A stretch of DNA of 64,000 bases, taken from Antedon mediterranea. Taxonomy: Eukaryota > Animalia > Echinodermata. The stretch covers positions 12,631,432-12,695,431 of the forward strand of contig NC_092679.1 of NCBI RefSeq assembly GCF_964355755.1, given 5' to 3'. Below are positions 1 through 13,849 of this stretch, in pieces; the first letter of the stretch is position 1, and every line of letters begins with the position of its first letter. The position numbers and the translations under genes are program-made. The notes under the pieces were generated by a model that saw only the letters and a list, made by a program, of their open reading frames with translations, was not told the DNA's origin and searched no databases.

Positions 1-544
1 AATAAATCATAATAAGCTTAATTCAGTGGCACATATAATATGGTACTGTATACAAATTTTGATAAACTTCTTATAATGTTCTACCTTAAATATTCATATA
101 GAGTGCTCATATTTGACGGTAATCTAATAAAAAATAAATTCAGATTCAATCTGTACATGTTACATATTAGGCCTAAAAAGGTTGTTATGCTGCCAAGCAC
201 ATCATTTGGAAAAGCAGGGTCTGTTAGTTTTGTTTTTACGACATACATATGTTACGGTGCACTACCAGTATTGTTACAAAAGTATATTGCAAGGCAAAGA
301 TTTGAAATTTAAAAAAAAAGAGGCATTATACAAAATTCAACCAATTTAATGCTTTAAATCCAGAAGTTAAATTTTGGGTTGGTGGGCTTGGGAACATAGC
401 AATTTTAGGCCTTTAAGGTGAGGTAAGAAGTACTTATGAAGCCATTGAATTACGTTTAAATTTTGGTTGCTTCTTCTCTTTGTCTGCTTTACTCTATTTG
501 CACTCATTTTTTCTGCCATTCTTTGTGAATTCATCTCATAAAAG

Positions 545-562
545 TTCCTGCATGGGGACCAG
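545..562 (+). CDS. NRXN: candidate neurexin microexon (18 nt; xPAWGP) between EGF2 and LNS4
   Basis: aaag|TTCCTGCATGGGGACCAG|gtaggt; frame-preserving, phase 1-1, no stop; long pyrimidine tract with several TGC upstream. Confidence 0.5.
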
Positions 563-1066
563 GTAGGTGTACACTATCACCATTAAATGTACCAATGTCA
601 TAGCAACAATAACATTTCCTTATTTTTTAATACTAACTTTATACTAAATATAGAGATATCAGGTTATTTATATACAATAATTTAATTAGATATGAGCAAA
701 ATATTAACATTATGATCTGAGCAAAATATAAATATTATGTATGATTACTAACTATCAATTATTTGGGAATTTTTTAAGGATTTGTTGCTGCATGATGTTA
801 TAAGCATCAGTACTAACAACCAACACATTTATCTATTATACAAGAAAAATGTATTCATGTTAAAAGATAGCAAATAAATGTATAATAATACCATTGCAAA
901 ACACATGTCTAACATTTAAATATAATAATGTCTATGAATATATATTAATATATTTTGTTTTGTTTGTTAACATATAATATTGTGATAACAGTGAATAGCT
1001 GTGTTTACATGCACTATAATTACCCCTGTTCTATGCAAGCTTAAGCTGATCCAAATCATATCTTAG

Positions 1067-1081
1067 TTACGTCGGCGGGGA
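1067..1081 (+). CDS. NRXN: candidate neurexin microexon (15 nt; xTSAG)
   Basis: tcttag|TTACGTCGGCGGGGA|gtgcgt; phase 1-1, open, GC/CpG-rich island in AT-rich intron; weaker splice sites. Confidence 0.3.
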
Positions 1082-4000
1082 GTGCGTGTGTGAACAGTCT
1101 CTTACACCTCCTTGTCATTAACTACTCTGTTGGTTAATCCAATGCAACATCAACTTTGATAGTTTTTAGATATGTAACATTAGACAATGACGTTGGAGCT
1201 ATATTGGATGCTTAACCTGTGTAATTTTTTGTGTTTAAACACAGAAAAACCTAAACTGCAAAGCAATTCTGAAACTGAAAATTAATCCCATATAGTGAAA
1301 AGAGCGTGTAAACATATCTATGTGAAAAGTTAACAAACAATGCATGCTAAATTACTATTACTTATATTATCAACATTGTATGTATGCAAGGCTCTGTACA
1401 TAACATCTCTTATGTACTGATTCAGATTGTTGGACTAATATGTTGCGCTAATAGAGAATGACAATTTTTGTTTAACAAAGAGAGACTTATGTGATATTAA
1501 ATCATTATATATATTTATTTATGTGCATACCCAAAGGAAGCTGTATAAATCTGCATTAATGTTAACAAACTTTAAAAGTTATTTAGCTTAATACTTCTAG
1601 TATTACAGTTTTCTGTTGTATACATATTATTTTTCAGAAAATCTAAGTCTTATTTGGCCATGTTTTTTTGTTGTATTTTCTTTTGTATCTTGTTTATTCG
1701 TAAACGAGAGAAAAAATTTGAAGGATGACCTACATTTAAAATGCAAAACAGTAACCAATTTTCCAAAATGTGTATATTATTTTTTATTTATTATATTTAA
1801 CCAAATATGTATTTTAATACAGTAACAACTATGCTTTTTTTTGTGGTAAAAGTAAGGTTTGCGGTACAACATGTGTTTCCAAAAGGTAATAATGAGAATC
1901 TCTATGATACTGTAATAAAGTAGTTAATATTGAAAATTAACTGGAGGCTGATCCAACAATAAAATAATTATGTACTGAGTTTTGAACTCATGACTTCAAC
2001 ATCTTTAGGCTCCCCAGTCCAATGCTCCACCATTCTACCATTAGTGGTTAGCAACTTAAGAGCTAGGTACAGAGCAAACTAGTGGTGATACCAAAAGGTT
2101 ACAGATTTGTGGTGTAACTTGGTGGTTAAAATGCGTCCAGTCCCAAGATCCAGATTTTAACTCTACCCAAGTGCCAGAGCTTAACGATTTCTTCACTACA
2201 TGTTTAAGACAAGTTTTTGTTTAATATTAGTTTATCCATACTTTAGTTAGCGAGTAAACTTGCGGTTGGATGTATACAAAAAGGAGGGTGGATTTTAGAA
2301 AGCAAGGAGTCAACAGTATCGTGAGTAGAGCTAAATCAAGTGGATTAAAACAAAGAAAAGTTGCAAACTATGCAAGTTTTCCTGATTTTGGAAATGTATA
2401 CTGACAATCCATGTATGCTTAGTTGGGTATTGTGATACGTAGATATCATTAGCGATCACATTAGACTGCAGGGTACCCTTCTCTGCACAATGTGTGAATC
2501 AGTAAGTGTTCCTGATGTAATTGTTTTGTACAAATTATTGTCTTCAAAATTATCTATACCATTTTTTCTCTCACATCCCTACAATTTGGGAAAATAACTG
2601 AAAATTCATCAATTTATTTTACACTTGAAAACTCTAGACTTTCTTCCCTATTATCATAAAATATTAAAGATTTCCTGTCTCACATTATTGACTCAATAAA
2701 GTAAAATATTAAATTATTAATCAATAGTTCAAAACATATTTATATTTTTTAAACTGAAATTTGTTTGGTCTCTGGTCCATTCTATAGTTACCAATAGATA
2801 GAATCTCGTTTTTTATTAATCAATTTTTTATTTTTATTTTACAAGAGACAGCTGCATCTTGTATTCAATTAAATTAAAGTCTTCAATTAGAAAGCGTCAA
2901 ACTATGCAGAAATCCATTTGGCAACGAACAACTTAAACTTAGTAGTTAAATAATATATTACATATGAAAGTGAATTGTCATAAAATGTTTTACAACTTCA
3001 AGCATTCGTAGATAAAGTAGAATTCTGTTGAGTAATTCATACTTGTTAAAGACGTTTTGGGATTTATGAAATTGCACAACTATCTATATGTAATATAGAA
3101 TTTTGTTACAACATCAGAGTGTGTTAAAATGTAAAGTAGTGTAATGCAATATCATGGAAATGTATGCATAAAGAACATTGGCAGTAGAAAGTAAGATTTT
3201 AGCAGTGAAAATTAGGTATGATATTTCTAAATCTTTTGTAATGATCGTCACAGAACTTATCGGCGGCAACAACAGCCATGTCACTGTACAATAGAAGTAA
3301 TCCTATATTGACTGATGTACGCATTTCATGAGATAATAAACGTATAGAATAGATAGAATGTACCGATTCACTTAATATTCAAAAGAATATTTTAGAAAAG
3401 TCTACACATATGTGTATTCTTGAATTCTTAATGCCTAAAAACAAGTTAAAAGTTACCTTTTTTCTTATTTTAGGTTTTTTTAAATTTTTTACAATGAAAA
3501 GCAACACAAGAAAGAAAAAATGTATGTAAAAAGGATATAGAAAGTTCAGAATTAATGTTTTTTATAGTTTTCAACGTTTCTCCAAGCCAAGGCCATAGCC
3601 ACCATTTTGGTAAGTGTCCGAACTTTTCACAGAGACCCTTGACAACCATGTGGCCTGCACAGAGATCGTCCCAATTTATTATTTAATATACCTTATTTCT
3701 CATGGCTATGCACTGCAAGTGGGCCTTCTCGATTAGTAGAAAATAAGAAAATACCAAATAAATGGTGAGGAATTCATCCCTTTTCACCGTAAGATGTTCG
3801 GCCCAACACAATTGCTTTTTGTACTTTTTACTCCTTCCCCCTTGCAAAATGCGGTCGATGGCCATGCTATGTTATTTTTCTATTCAGTTTCAGTATTAAT
3901 GTGTAACCTTTCTTATTTTACAACCAAATTAAATTTACAAATCTAAATTTAATCGCTTGATGAAATAAAAATATTTAAGTTAATTTGTTTCTCGATTACA

Positions 4001-5477
4001 TTTTATTTAAGATATAAATTCTAATTTGATTTTAATTGCAGTAGTAATGTGATCGGGCATTTTTTAATACATCATACAGTTATATTAAGTTTCCTCATTA
4101 AGAACGGGTTTAAAAGAAGGCATGAACAGTTGTGTATTTAATATTATGTTTCAATTTTGACAAAACTAATTAGTATTGGATGTCTACGTTTAAGAGGCGT
4201 GTTAAGGTAATTATATAGGACATACTTTAAAACAAACTTATACCTTTTTCACATCTGCAAAAAGTAACAATTTGTAACCAAGTTTTGCATAGAGTGAAGG
4301 CAATTTTAATAAAAAATAACAAACCAGCGAAAGGCTTTCACTGATATTTAATTGATTAATTTAGGCTAACAATACCGGTTTCATTTACACAATTACACAA
4401 TGACAATACATTCTTTCAAGATTTCACAAGGTTCACGAATATGTGTATACAAACAGGAAGAATACATTGTGAGATAAAAATATGTTATTATCGGTAGTTT
4501 AAAAGTTTTAAACTGAAATAGTTGCAATGAAATGTGATTTAAGGAGGGTTTGTTGAATTCATCTTGAAATAGATGATAATGTTTGTAAATCTTGATAGAA
4601 ACCAAGCTACAGCTGGAGTGCTACAATATTATATAGGATAAAATAAGGATTTTTGTAACATTTTGGTATTAAAATATCAGAATAGTTTAATATTTTGTTA
4701 TAACAATTACTTTTCATTATTCTAAGGTTTGATATACTGTAGGTATTTCTGTAAGATTTTTATATTCAGTTATCTTTTTGTGAAGTATATATAAATACAG
4801 TATATTTTTTTCACTGCAAAAGCTCCAGTTGACCACAGGATAAGAATTTATTTTTACATATCTTAAATTATTCTTTGTTTCGTGGCTAAACGTCATTTTA
4901 TGCAACTATTAAGATGTAGTATTATTATTACTTGTTCAATGATACTTTGTACCCAAGGGAACTTAAAGACATTTTAGTCATCATCGTCATCAATTGTGAG
5001 AAATTATGGTACATTTACAGTTTATAGGTAACCACTGAAAAAAAATATATATACATGACTATAAATCGTTAGATGGTTTGCATTCATTTATAATGTAACA
5101 TACTGAACATGATTAAAACTGATGGTTTGATGAGTATCAAATCAACGTATATTATAGAAAATAACTTTTGTCATGCAACGCATTTTTCTAGTTCAAGTTG
5201 CTGTCATGTTTGATGTTTGAAATAAAAGACTGGTTAAATTGTGCCATGTTATAAAAGTAATATATTTAAGTGTTACTGACAGTTTTTGTATCCAATAATA
5301 AGTGTATGTGGAATTGTAGATATACAATTGCAAAATGTAAAAGGTTGTTACGTGGATAATAAGATAATAATCCATTGTAGTAATAATAAATAATGTAATA
5401 TCATTAATTTACTTAGGATATTGTTATTATCTTGCTGCTAAAAAATAATCACTAAAAAATGTACTGTATGATTCGAC

Positions 5478-6082
5478 AATGTACTGTATGACTCAATGGT
5501 ATTACAATGATGTGTTGCATTATACTGTACAAGTCTACAATGTACTGTATGACTCAATGATGCTACAATGATGTTGCATTATACTGTACAAGTCTACAAT
5601 GTACTGTATGACTCAATGATGCTACAATGATGTTGCATTATACTGTACAAGTCTACAAATTGTACTGTATGACTCAATGATGCTACAATGATGTTGCATT
5701 ATACTGTACAAGTCTACAATGTACTGTATGACTCAATGATGCTACAATGATGTTGCATTATACTGTACAAGTCTACAATGTACTGTATGACTCAATGATG
5801 CTACAATGATGTTGCATTATACTGTACAAGTCTACAATGTACTGTATGACTCAATGATGATAAAATGTTGTTGCTTTATACTGTACAAGTCTACAATGTA
5901 CTGTATGACTCAATGATGCTACAATGATGTTGCATTATACTGTACAAGTCTACAATGTACTGTATGACTCAATGATGATAAAATGTTGTTGCTTTATACT
6001 GTACAAGTCTACAATGTACTGTATGACTCTACAATATATTGTATGACTATACAAAGTACTGTATGATTCTACAAAGTACTAT
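5478..6082. repeat. 59-bp minisatellite (~9 copies plus degenerate ~20-bp subunits)
   Basis: Unit AATGTACTGTATGACTCAATGATGCTACAATGATGTTGCATTATACTGTACAAGTCTAC repeated in tandem. Confidence 0.95.
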
Positions 6083-6124
6083 ATTATTATTCATTATTAA
6101 TTATAATTCTTTTTTTTCTAACAG

Positions 6125-6454
6125 ATGCAACAGTCTTGTCCTTCAATGGCAACCAGACTTTTCTGGTGGATCATCGCAAAGAGCGGCAAACTAAATCGGA
6201 AGATATCACGATACGATTTCAAACGTATCGACCTTCGAGTGCCCTTCTCACAATGTACTCTAACAATGCTGTTGATGTACTGAAACTTGAACTTGACAAA
6301 AGCAGAATTTTGTTCAGCATCAACTTTGGAACTGGAGTTGATACATTCCCTATTGGAGAAGATCTTGCAGATGGTGAATGGCATACTGTCAAACTCCAAC
6401 GCAAGCAAGAGGAGTTAACTGTTATCTTGGATGGAGGAGCTGAGCAGGTCAAAG
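6125..6454 (+). CDS. NRXN: neurexin exon, LNS4 N-terminal part
   Basis: aacag|ATGCAACA...GTCAAAG|gtaatt; DATVLSFNG...EDITIRFQT...LADGEWHTV laminin-G motif. Confidence 0.93.
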
Positions 6455-7339
6455 GTAATTTTTTTAAGCGCCATTTTATTTTTTACAAAAGGTTATTATG
6501 AACATTATTTTTATTTAATTAACTTGTTTTTGTTCCCTAACAAAACAATAATAGTTATTTGGCACAAAACATTAACTTGATATGTGTTTAATCTCTTGGT
6601 TTTCTTTTTAGATTTCTATTGAAGGGCAAAATAGTTATGGGCTTAAAACTTTTTTACAGATTAATTAAAACTACTATTTGGACAGTGGTTAAATGTGGGA
6701 TTTGAAAAATTAAATTATTCTATAATTTGAAATTAATGGATTAGAAACTCCTTTTAAATTCAAAAGATATTTGTTTGGTTTTTTTTTCGAGCACCAATCT
6801 GTAAAATAGTTATCACCATTTACTATTTGCCTGTCAACAACATATTTTTCCGATTCTAGAAATCTGCACTTTATCTGAACTTTTAACTTACCTAGCTTTT
6901 AGTGAACATTGTGTCAAAAGCAATACTGCTATATCTGGATTACTTGACACAAACAAACCTTGCTTTACCGCTTTTGTAACACTCGCTTTTTACATTTCCC
7001 CAGTCATTTTCCCTAATTTAGTATCATTGTATAATAGCTTTTATACTGGTGATTGCTTTTCTTTTAGATAGATGTTCAACTGATCTCAATAATCTATGTT
7101 CTTTGTCAAACAGACATTATGTCAACTTGAAAAACATTAAATCAGTGTACATTCAATCATTATACAAATGACTATCAACATTGTAACATTTCTTACGATT
7201 TCCATGGATTACTAACATTTCTGTAGTCTGTCTGCTTCTTTTTTTTAAAACCTGAAACTTCTTTTACCTAATCCGAGTGTTAGTAAGTTGCACAGAGTCT
7301 GTATTGTTAACACACTATGCTTTTCACATTTCTACACAG

Positions 7340-7363
7340 ACCTAAACAGATCTAGCGATGCAG
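7340..7363 (+). CDS. NRXN: candidate neurexin microexon (24 nt; DLNRSSDA) in LNS4
   Basis: tgcttttcacatttctacacag|ACCTAAACAGATCTAGCGATGCAG|gtatgt; phase 1-1, open. Confidence 0.55.
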
Positions 7364-10019
7364 GTATGTAATGTGTAACAGATTTAACAATGTAAATATA
7401 ATGTTCACACAGCTTTTATTGTGTATATAATCTTTTTAGGATTATACATTTGAAGATCCAAATTTAAAATTGACAAGAAATATTTATGACAAATAGATAA
7501 ATTAAATATTGCCCCATTTAAATATTAATAAATCATAAAGGAAATCATGGATAAAGTTTTGTGAACATTTAATCGATATGCTATAGACTTTCACATGCAA
7601 AATGTCTATTGGAAACTCGCTCCCTCTCCCAATTTAACCCTAAATTCTTCTCAGACCTTTCGTTCTTAAATAGCTTGATAAGAGGGTTGTGGTAGCAGGG
7701 TCCATGTAATCCTGCCAATCCATGAGTGGAACGAAGGTGACTGGTTGGCGGGGCTTTGGTTATCTTTGAGGGTACTACTTTCTATCTACTGTACTTTATT
7801 TCTCAGAAGATGTTTTTTTTTTGGAAATTTGATATATATATTTGGCATTTTCAAAATGCTAAAATTAAAAACTTGATACAGTTTGTTTTAATTCATAACA
7901 CTTTATATACATTTATGATCTAAGAAATTCTTTAAAAAAAAGAAAAAATTATTATAATGCAACTCAATTGTAATATAAAATGTATTTGAGATTTTTTTTT
8001 TGGATACCTACTAAAATGGTCTATAAATTTAAAAATACATTTGAAAATGTATTTTTATTAGCTCTAAAATGATAAATAGGCATTATATTAATTATTATTC
8101 AATATTTATAAGCAAATTTATAGTTTTATATTCCTAAATATAAAATCTGAAAGCTCTAAAAATAACTAATACTGTAAATACTCATTTTTGATGAGGTATT
8201 ACAATTTCACGAACAAAAACAAAATGTAAAAAAGGGTTTATATGCAGAACATTTTTTTTTCACACTTGGAATTGAATTTTTCTACTAAATAAAGAAGAAA
8301 TTATTTACTTCTCTTCATTCTGATTTCTGACAACTTATGCTCTCTTATGGGTTTTGTTTCTTGTCTGGGCAACTTCAATGAAAAATACTTGTTTATATGT
8401 ATATATTGTCTAAATGTATAATATATTGTTTACTACACAAAAATATAATTATAATGAATGGCACAAAATATTATAACTTTTAATTTGAACTCTCACAAAA
8501 TCACAAAGTGTAATAAGGAAAACAATAGAAACTATTTTTTTATTAGTTTCTTTGTTTTCTATTGGTGTAATTTAACTGTTTGAATGTTGTTATATTACCA
8601 TGCAAAATAAGTGTGAATCCTTAAATGCTCAATATGGTGTGGCTAAACTTCTTAATCTTAATATATTCCTAGGATTTGTCTTAATACCAATTGTTGTATA
8701 TTCATCATTTATACCTCAGGCTAATACTTGGTTTTTACTAGAGATGCAATGCACGAACATATGAGGCTAGTTGACCAATGACGAGTGACAGTGTGGATAA
8801 TTAATTGCTTGTGATTGGTCAAATTACTTTGTGTCTACGTCCTTGTGTTGCGTCTCTAGTAGGAACCATGCATTAAGGAAACACTTACTATATTCATTTA
8901 AATTTTCACCTACATGAAGTGTAATACTTAAATATATATTGACTTAAGTGAATTACTTACTAGTTAAGGAAAAATACCTCACTTAAGTGTGATTGGTTTT
9001 CAGCAACTGTTGGGTGTATTTCCTAAAATGTTCATAATAATATCCTTATAAGCAATGTTGTTGTGTACATGCACTATAATCAGGACAAATTTCAATGGCT
9101 TAATTTACATAAAACAAAAAAAATATCCAAGGGAATAGTTTACAAATGATTACAAAATTATTCTAATATTGAGCAATCAAGCATTCACACTTGACTTGGC
9201 ATCTAGCCTTGTCGGGCAACTGGCCTTGTCGGGTTACTTGCCTCATACTTTCATCTACCATTAGCAAAACTCATCTCATTCTCTCTGTTGCGCTATTCAC
9301 TGTATCATTGTGTAGAAATAGAACTGTCTATTCTAACTTTAGAGGGCGCTGTTAATAAATCCATGCTTTTCTTGTAGCCAATTTCATACCATTCAAATGT
9401 TTTCTCTATCATAAACTAACTGTAGATATTATTTTAGATTTCTTGATCATGTTTTTTTTTATAACTTTTTTTGATGTTGTAAATAATATTGGATTATAAT
9501 ATATTATAATGCTGTAATTAAAAGAATAAGTTGAATGACTAGAATAGAAAATGTGATTATACTGTATATAAACCAAAAGTGTCTATTTTACTTTTAATAC
9601 AGATGGTAATCGAACATTTTTTCTCACATGTTTTATTTAATTTTTAAATTTAATAAGTAATAGGTGTTAACTTCAAATTAAGGTATATTTTAAGATATTT
9701 TTATATTCTGTATTATAAATAATAAATAATTTACAGTATATTACAAATATAGGTCTTTCTCCAATCTAATCTTACTGTTCATTTTGATTTCTGATTTGAT
9801 TGAATAGTACAAGTTACAACATATTTAAAATGATATTTACCACAAAAAAACAACAAAACAAAAAGGAACTGAAATGCATTGTAATTGGAGGAAACCTGTA
9901 TTACTTTTGTAATATTCTTTCTAATTGAGGCCTTGTATATGGAAGGGCTTCCCCAGCATTGGAATAATCTTGACAGAATATAACTCTCCCTAATTTTCAT
10001 TCTACTAATTTTTCACCAG

Positions 10020-10040
10020 CCATGAATCTTACAAGTGGAG
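10020..10040 (+). CDS. NRXN: candidate neurexin microexon (21 nt; AMNLTSG) in LNS4
   Basis: tactaatttttcaccag|CCATGAATCTTACAAGTGGAG|gtgagt; branch-like TACTAAT, near-consensus donor, phase 1-1, open. Confidence 0.6.
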
Positions 10041-12065
10041 GTGAGTAGCAAACCACTGATCATCAACTGTGGACGAAAAAAAACACCAACAAATTCTTTT
10101 TTTTCTTTGCCTCCCTCGTCGAATATAAATTTTTGTTGTATAAATGGCTGCTGTACACAAGAGAATTTAGCTGAAACAGATTTGTTATGCTTCTTGAGAA
10201 GTAGCCTTGAAAATAAGAAATGTGTGAACAGTTTTAATGGTCTTTCATATTATAAAGCTGTGAAATTTAACATTTATTTTCTTTAGGCCTGCTCTAAAAA
10301 AAATTACCAAAAATATTAAGATATATGATTAGGTTCTGTGGTGTTGATGCCTGAACAATTCTCTAAAAAGTGCTCTTCTTTTGGGTGTTTCGGTCCATGA
10401 ATGAATCAAATTCAAAGACCATAAGTGCATTAATTTTTAAGTATAGCAGAATGCCATTAAACAGACCAATCAATTGGTTTTGTCATATAGTGAGTGGCCG
10501 AAAATCATTTAGGCCTACAAGAGCATGGCACAGGGGCTCATGTCACATGATCATAAAGAAACATGGCTCAGTAGGAATACATCTGTTTTACAGCGCGATT
10601 CTCTTATGTTCATTGAACTTATTCTTCTGTAATTTCCTACCTTATAGATATATTAACTTTCACACAGCATTTCTAATCAATTATGTGTTGCATCGAAACT
10701 GTTGCTTAGCAACTGTTTCAATCAACCTAGACAGGTGTGCCATGTGGCAATATGAAAGTGAAAAATGTCATCATGTCATTTTTTTTTTTACATACATGTA
10801 TTGCTTATCAAAATATTATTTTCTTCGGTAGTGTTATTAGTTTTCTCATTTCGTTAGGGTGGACTCATTTTTTTCTGTTTATTTTTATTTGCATCTATTT
10901 TTGTTTGATTTTCTGGGATGGAACAAACTGCATGAATTTTTTTTTTTTACATTTTAGTTAGTTGTATGTATAAATGCTTTAATTTCCTAATATTTTATTC
11001 ACAGTTTTGTATATCTAACCTCAAGACATTCTAACAAAATTTGTTTGTCATTTTCATTTGTAATTAAAACACTTTCTGTTACAACTCAACAAGTTATGTT
11101 ACTGAAAACAAAGTGTTTTTTTACCCAAAAAAGGTGATTATTTAAAATTGTTCAATACTTTAAAGATATATACTTCTGGTAGACATTTAGAGCAATGGCA
11201 ATTGTTCGAATTGAATTACAGATATAGAAACAAAAAAAATTAATCACAGCTATACAAAATATTAGAAAATAAAAGATAAAAAATTAAATTTTCATTGTAA
11301 AATTCACAAAAGAAAAAATAAATTAAAAATGGTATTTATTTGGTTTTTATTTTAATTTTGTAAACAAAATTCATTTAATATTGGTTTTTATTATATCAGG
11401 AAGATTATCCTATACCTTGTTTCACATTTACAACAAGATAGTAATTATAGTTAAGCAACTCTTCCAGTACTACTCTGGTGGGACAGCATTTCTTTGCAGA
11501 AATTTTTATCTGGATCATCAGATCTGATTGGTCAATAGGATTACTACCATACTTTAGAATTGGCCATTTACATACAGTCCAATGTACATGCATTATGATG
11601 AAAAGTCCAAAATAATTGACATTGAAATGCAATATATTTTATCTCACACTTATTTACTGTAAATAATAAAAAAAAATGTTAATAAAATTACAGTAAGTAA
11701 ACTATAAATAAATGTTAAAATTCCATTGTTTTTTGGTTTAAAATATTGTCAAAGTTGTCAAATATTTAACTTACTGTAATATTAATTTTAAAATTCTTGT
11801 AAATTTATAGACAAGTCAATACATTTTCTTTTACAGGTTTCTGTAACATTTTCAGCTAATAAATAATCAGTTAACTGAGACTGCAAAATGTATACATAGC
11901 CTGTAGCAAGAAAATCTAATAATTTATAATAATTTGACATGAGGTATCACTATAGATTTATTACGATAACGCATTTTATGAATCTTGGCACATGCATAAT
12001 ACGCAAGTACTATACTACAAATGGTGATGATTATAATACCCAATAAATTTATATCCTAATTATAT

Positions 12066-12197
12066 TAATCCAAAGTCAAGTTACTGAAAAAATGACAATG
12101 CTGTGGGTATCAGTGGCTGGATCTCAATGAAGATACAAAAAAAAGCAAAAGCTAAATCAAAACGATAAGTAAAACAGCCAGAAAAGTTAGCAGAGCT
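12066..12197 (-). mobile_element. solo fragment of the Penelope-like pLTR
   Basis: Near-identical to 24740-24876; truncated at the hammerhead stem III (CAGAGCT). Confidence 0.8.
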
Positions 12198-13849
12198 CCT
12201 AATTATATTATAAATCATTTCTTTCATTTAATATTGATTTATTCATTTGAAACAAAAAAAACTTATTGAAATAGTAATGAATAATACTTTTACCTAATTT
12301 CTATCATACTGTACTTTGTTAGTACACCATTTTCTTGATCAATTTCTAAAACTTTTTCCATTTTTGTTCTTTCACCTTCAATCACTCAAGAGCAAATTTG
12401 TTTACAGTAACAAAAGTTAAACAATAATTTACCACTTAAAATAGAAATAGAACCTAAACAGATCTTTTAATGAAGCTGCTGTGTTATGCAAAAGCTCACA
12501 AACAGACTTACTTGGGTTAATTCATCATAAATGTGAAACTTGTCTTCCTTGCAAGTTAATAAGATATTAAAATACATATAAAATCCTAATACAATAAAAG
12601 TATTCAGGTTTTATCATACTAAATTAAACAGTTCCCTTGAATTCATAAAAAAATAGTTATTGAAATAGTAATTGAAAAAAATCTTTTCAGGTATTAAAAT
12701 ACATATAAAAACTTACGAAATATTACAAAATTATATTACTGAAATTCAGGAAAAATAGTTGATTTGTTTAATTACAAACATCTTTTTGATTTCAATAACA
12801 TAACTTGTGTCAGAAACTTTATTTGTGTTAAATAAACATGTCAACCAATTTGAATATTAAATATGTTTTGTTTCATGGGATACGATCTCTAACTTGCAGA
12901 TCATTTTCACAATTTACTGGTACATACATACTCTCAATAAGAGAAGCAAATTCAGTTTGAAAAGCAGTGTTATTATAACTGTTGGAATGTTTACCATTAT
13001 CACAGTAAAACATTCCTATAATTGAATCCTGTGAAATTGCAGCTTTATAGAAACAAAACATGTTTATTTTCATACCGTTAATTTTCAGATTAGATTGATG
13101 TACTAAAAAACGTAAGCAGTTGTGCCAGCTTCTGCTCTGTTCATCACTATATGATATTAATGATGTATCACTCGTTCGTAATATTTCACTTTATCTCACT
13201 CGCCCTTTTCATTCTAATTTTAGCCGAGCACAGAAAATGACTATTTGCACACTAACAAACATGTATTAACCCAGATATCAACACTTGTCAAATATTATTA
13301 ACAATTATGTTGTTGGCAACAATTAATGGAATGTTAATTTATTGTTAAATTAATTAATTTATAAAACATTTTGTTATTAAGGCTATGTTCACACATGGCG
13401 TGTTACCGTACAATGCTGACAACAAGGTCATATTATAAGCCACAGACAAAAACAAGTGTCCAGACACAGGGCAATGGTTATAATTATTTATTTGTTACTT
13501 CACGATGGAAGTTCTAAAATGCACTGTTTTCCACTAAGATACAACATTTGTCAGCATTCTATGTTAAAACATTGTAATTCCATTACAGAACCTAAAAGTA
13601 GTACTCGCTTTTATTGTGAAGGGAATGGTAAAGTGTTTGGGCACACCATTATTAACCTACTAGTGTTATGTTCATGTTATGATGTTTAACTTTTACTGGT
13701 TGTATCAGTTGGTAATAGATAGTGTTGGTTCTCTTTGACCAAGTAAATATAATTATAAACCAAAAGTAAGGTACCAAGTTCTACTGAAACTGCAAGTTAG
13801 CTCAAAGCAGCAAGAGCATAAAAAAGTTCCAACCTTGATTAAATGGTAT

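Noticed and set aside
2251-2320. Exon-like unit ending ATC|GTGAGT
   Set aside because: The best acceptors give 70 or 22 nt (frameshifting); the 18-nt option lacks a pyrimidine tract
3254-3294. Acceptor followed by xLIGGNNSHVTVQ*
   Set aside because: No phase-compatible donor; an alternative terminal exon cannot be supported without transcripts
7655-7736. Exon-like unit ending AAG|GTGACT
   Set aside because: In-frame stops from either main acceptor in phase 1
10370-10961. 153-aa and 74-aa intronic ORFs
   Set aside because: Low-complexity AT-rich translation, no domain, no phase-compatible splice sites
13094-13111. 18-nt AG-GTAAG unit
   Set aside because: Immediate TGA in the required phase
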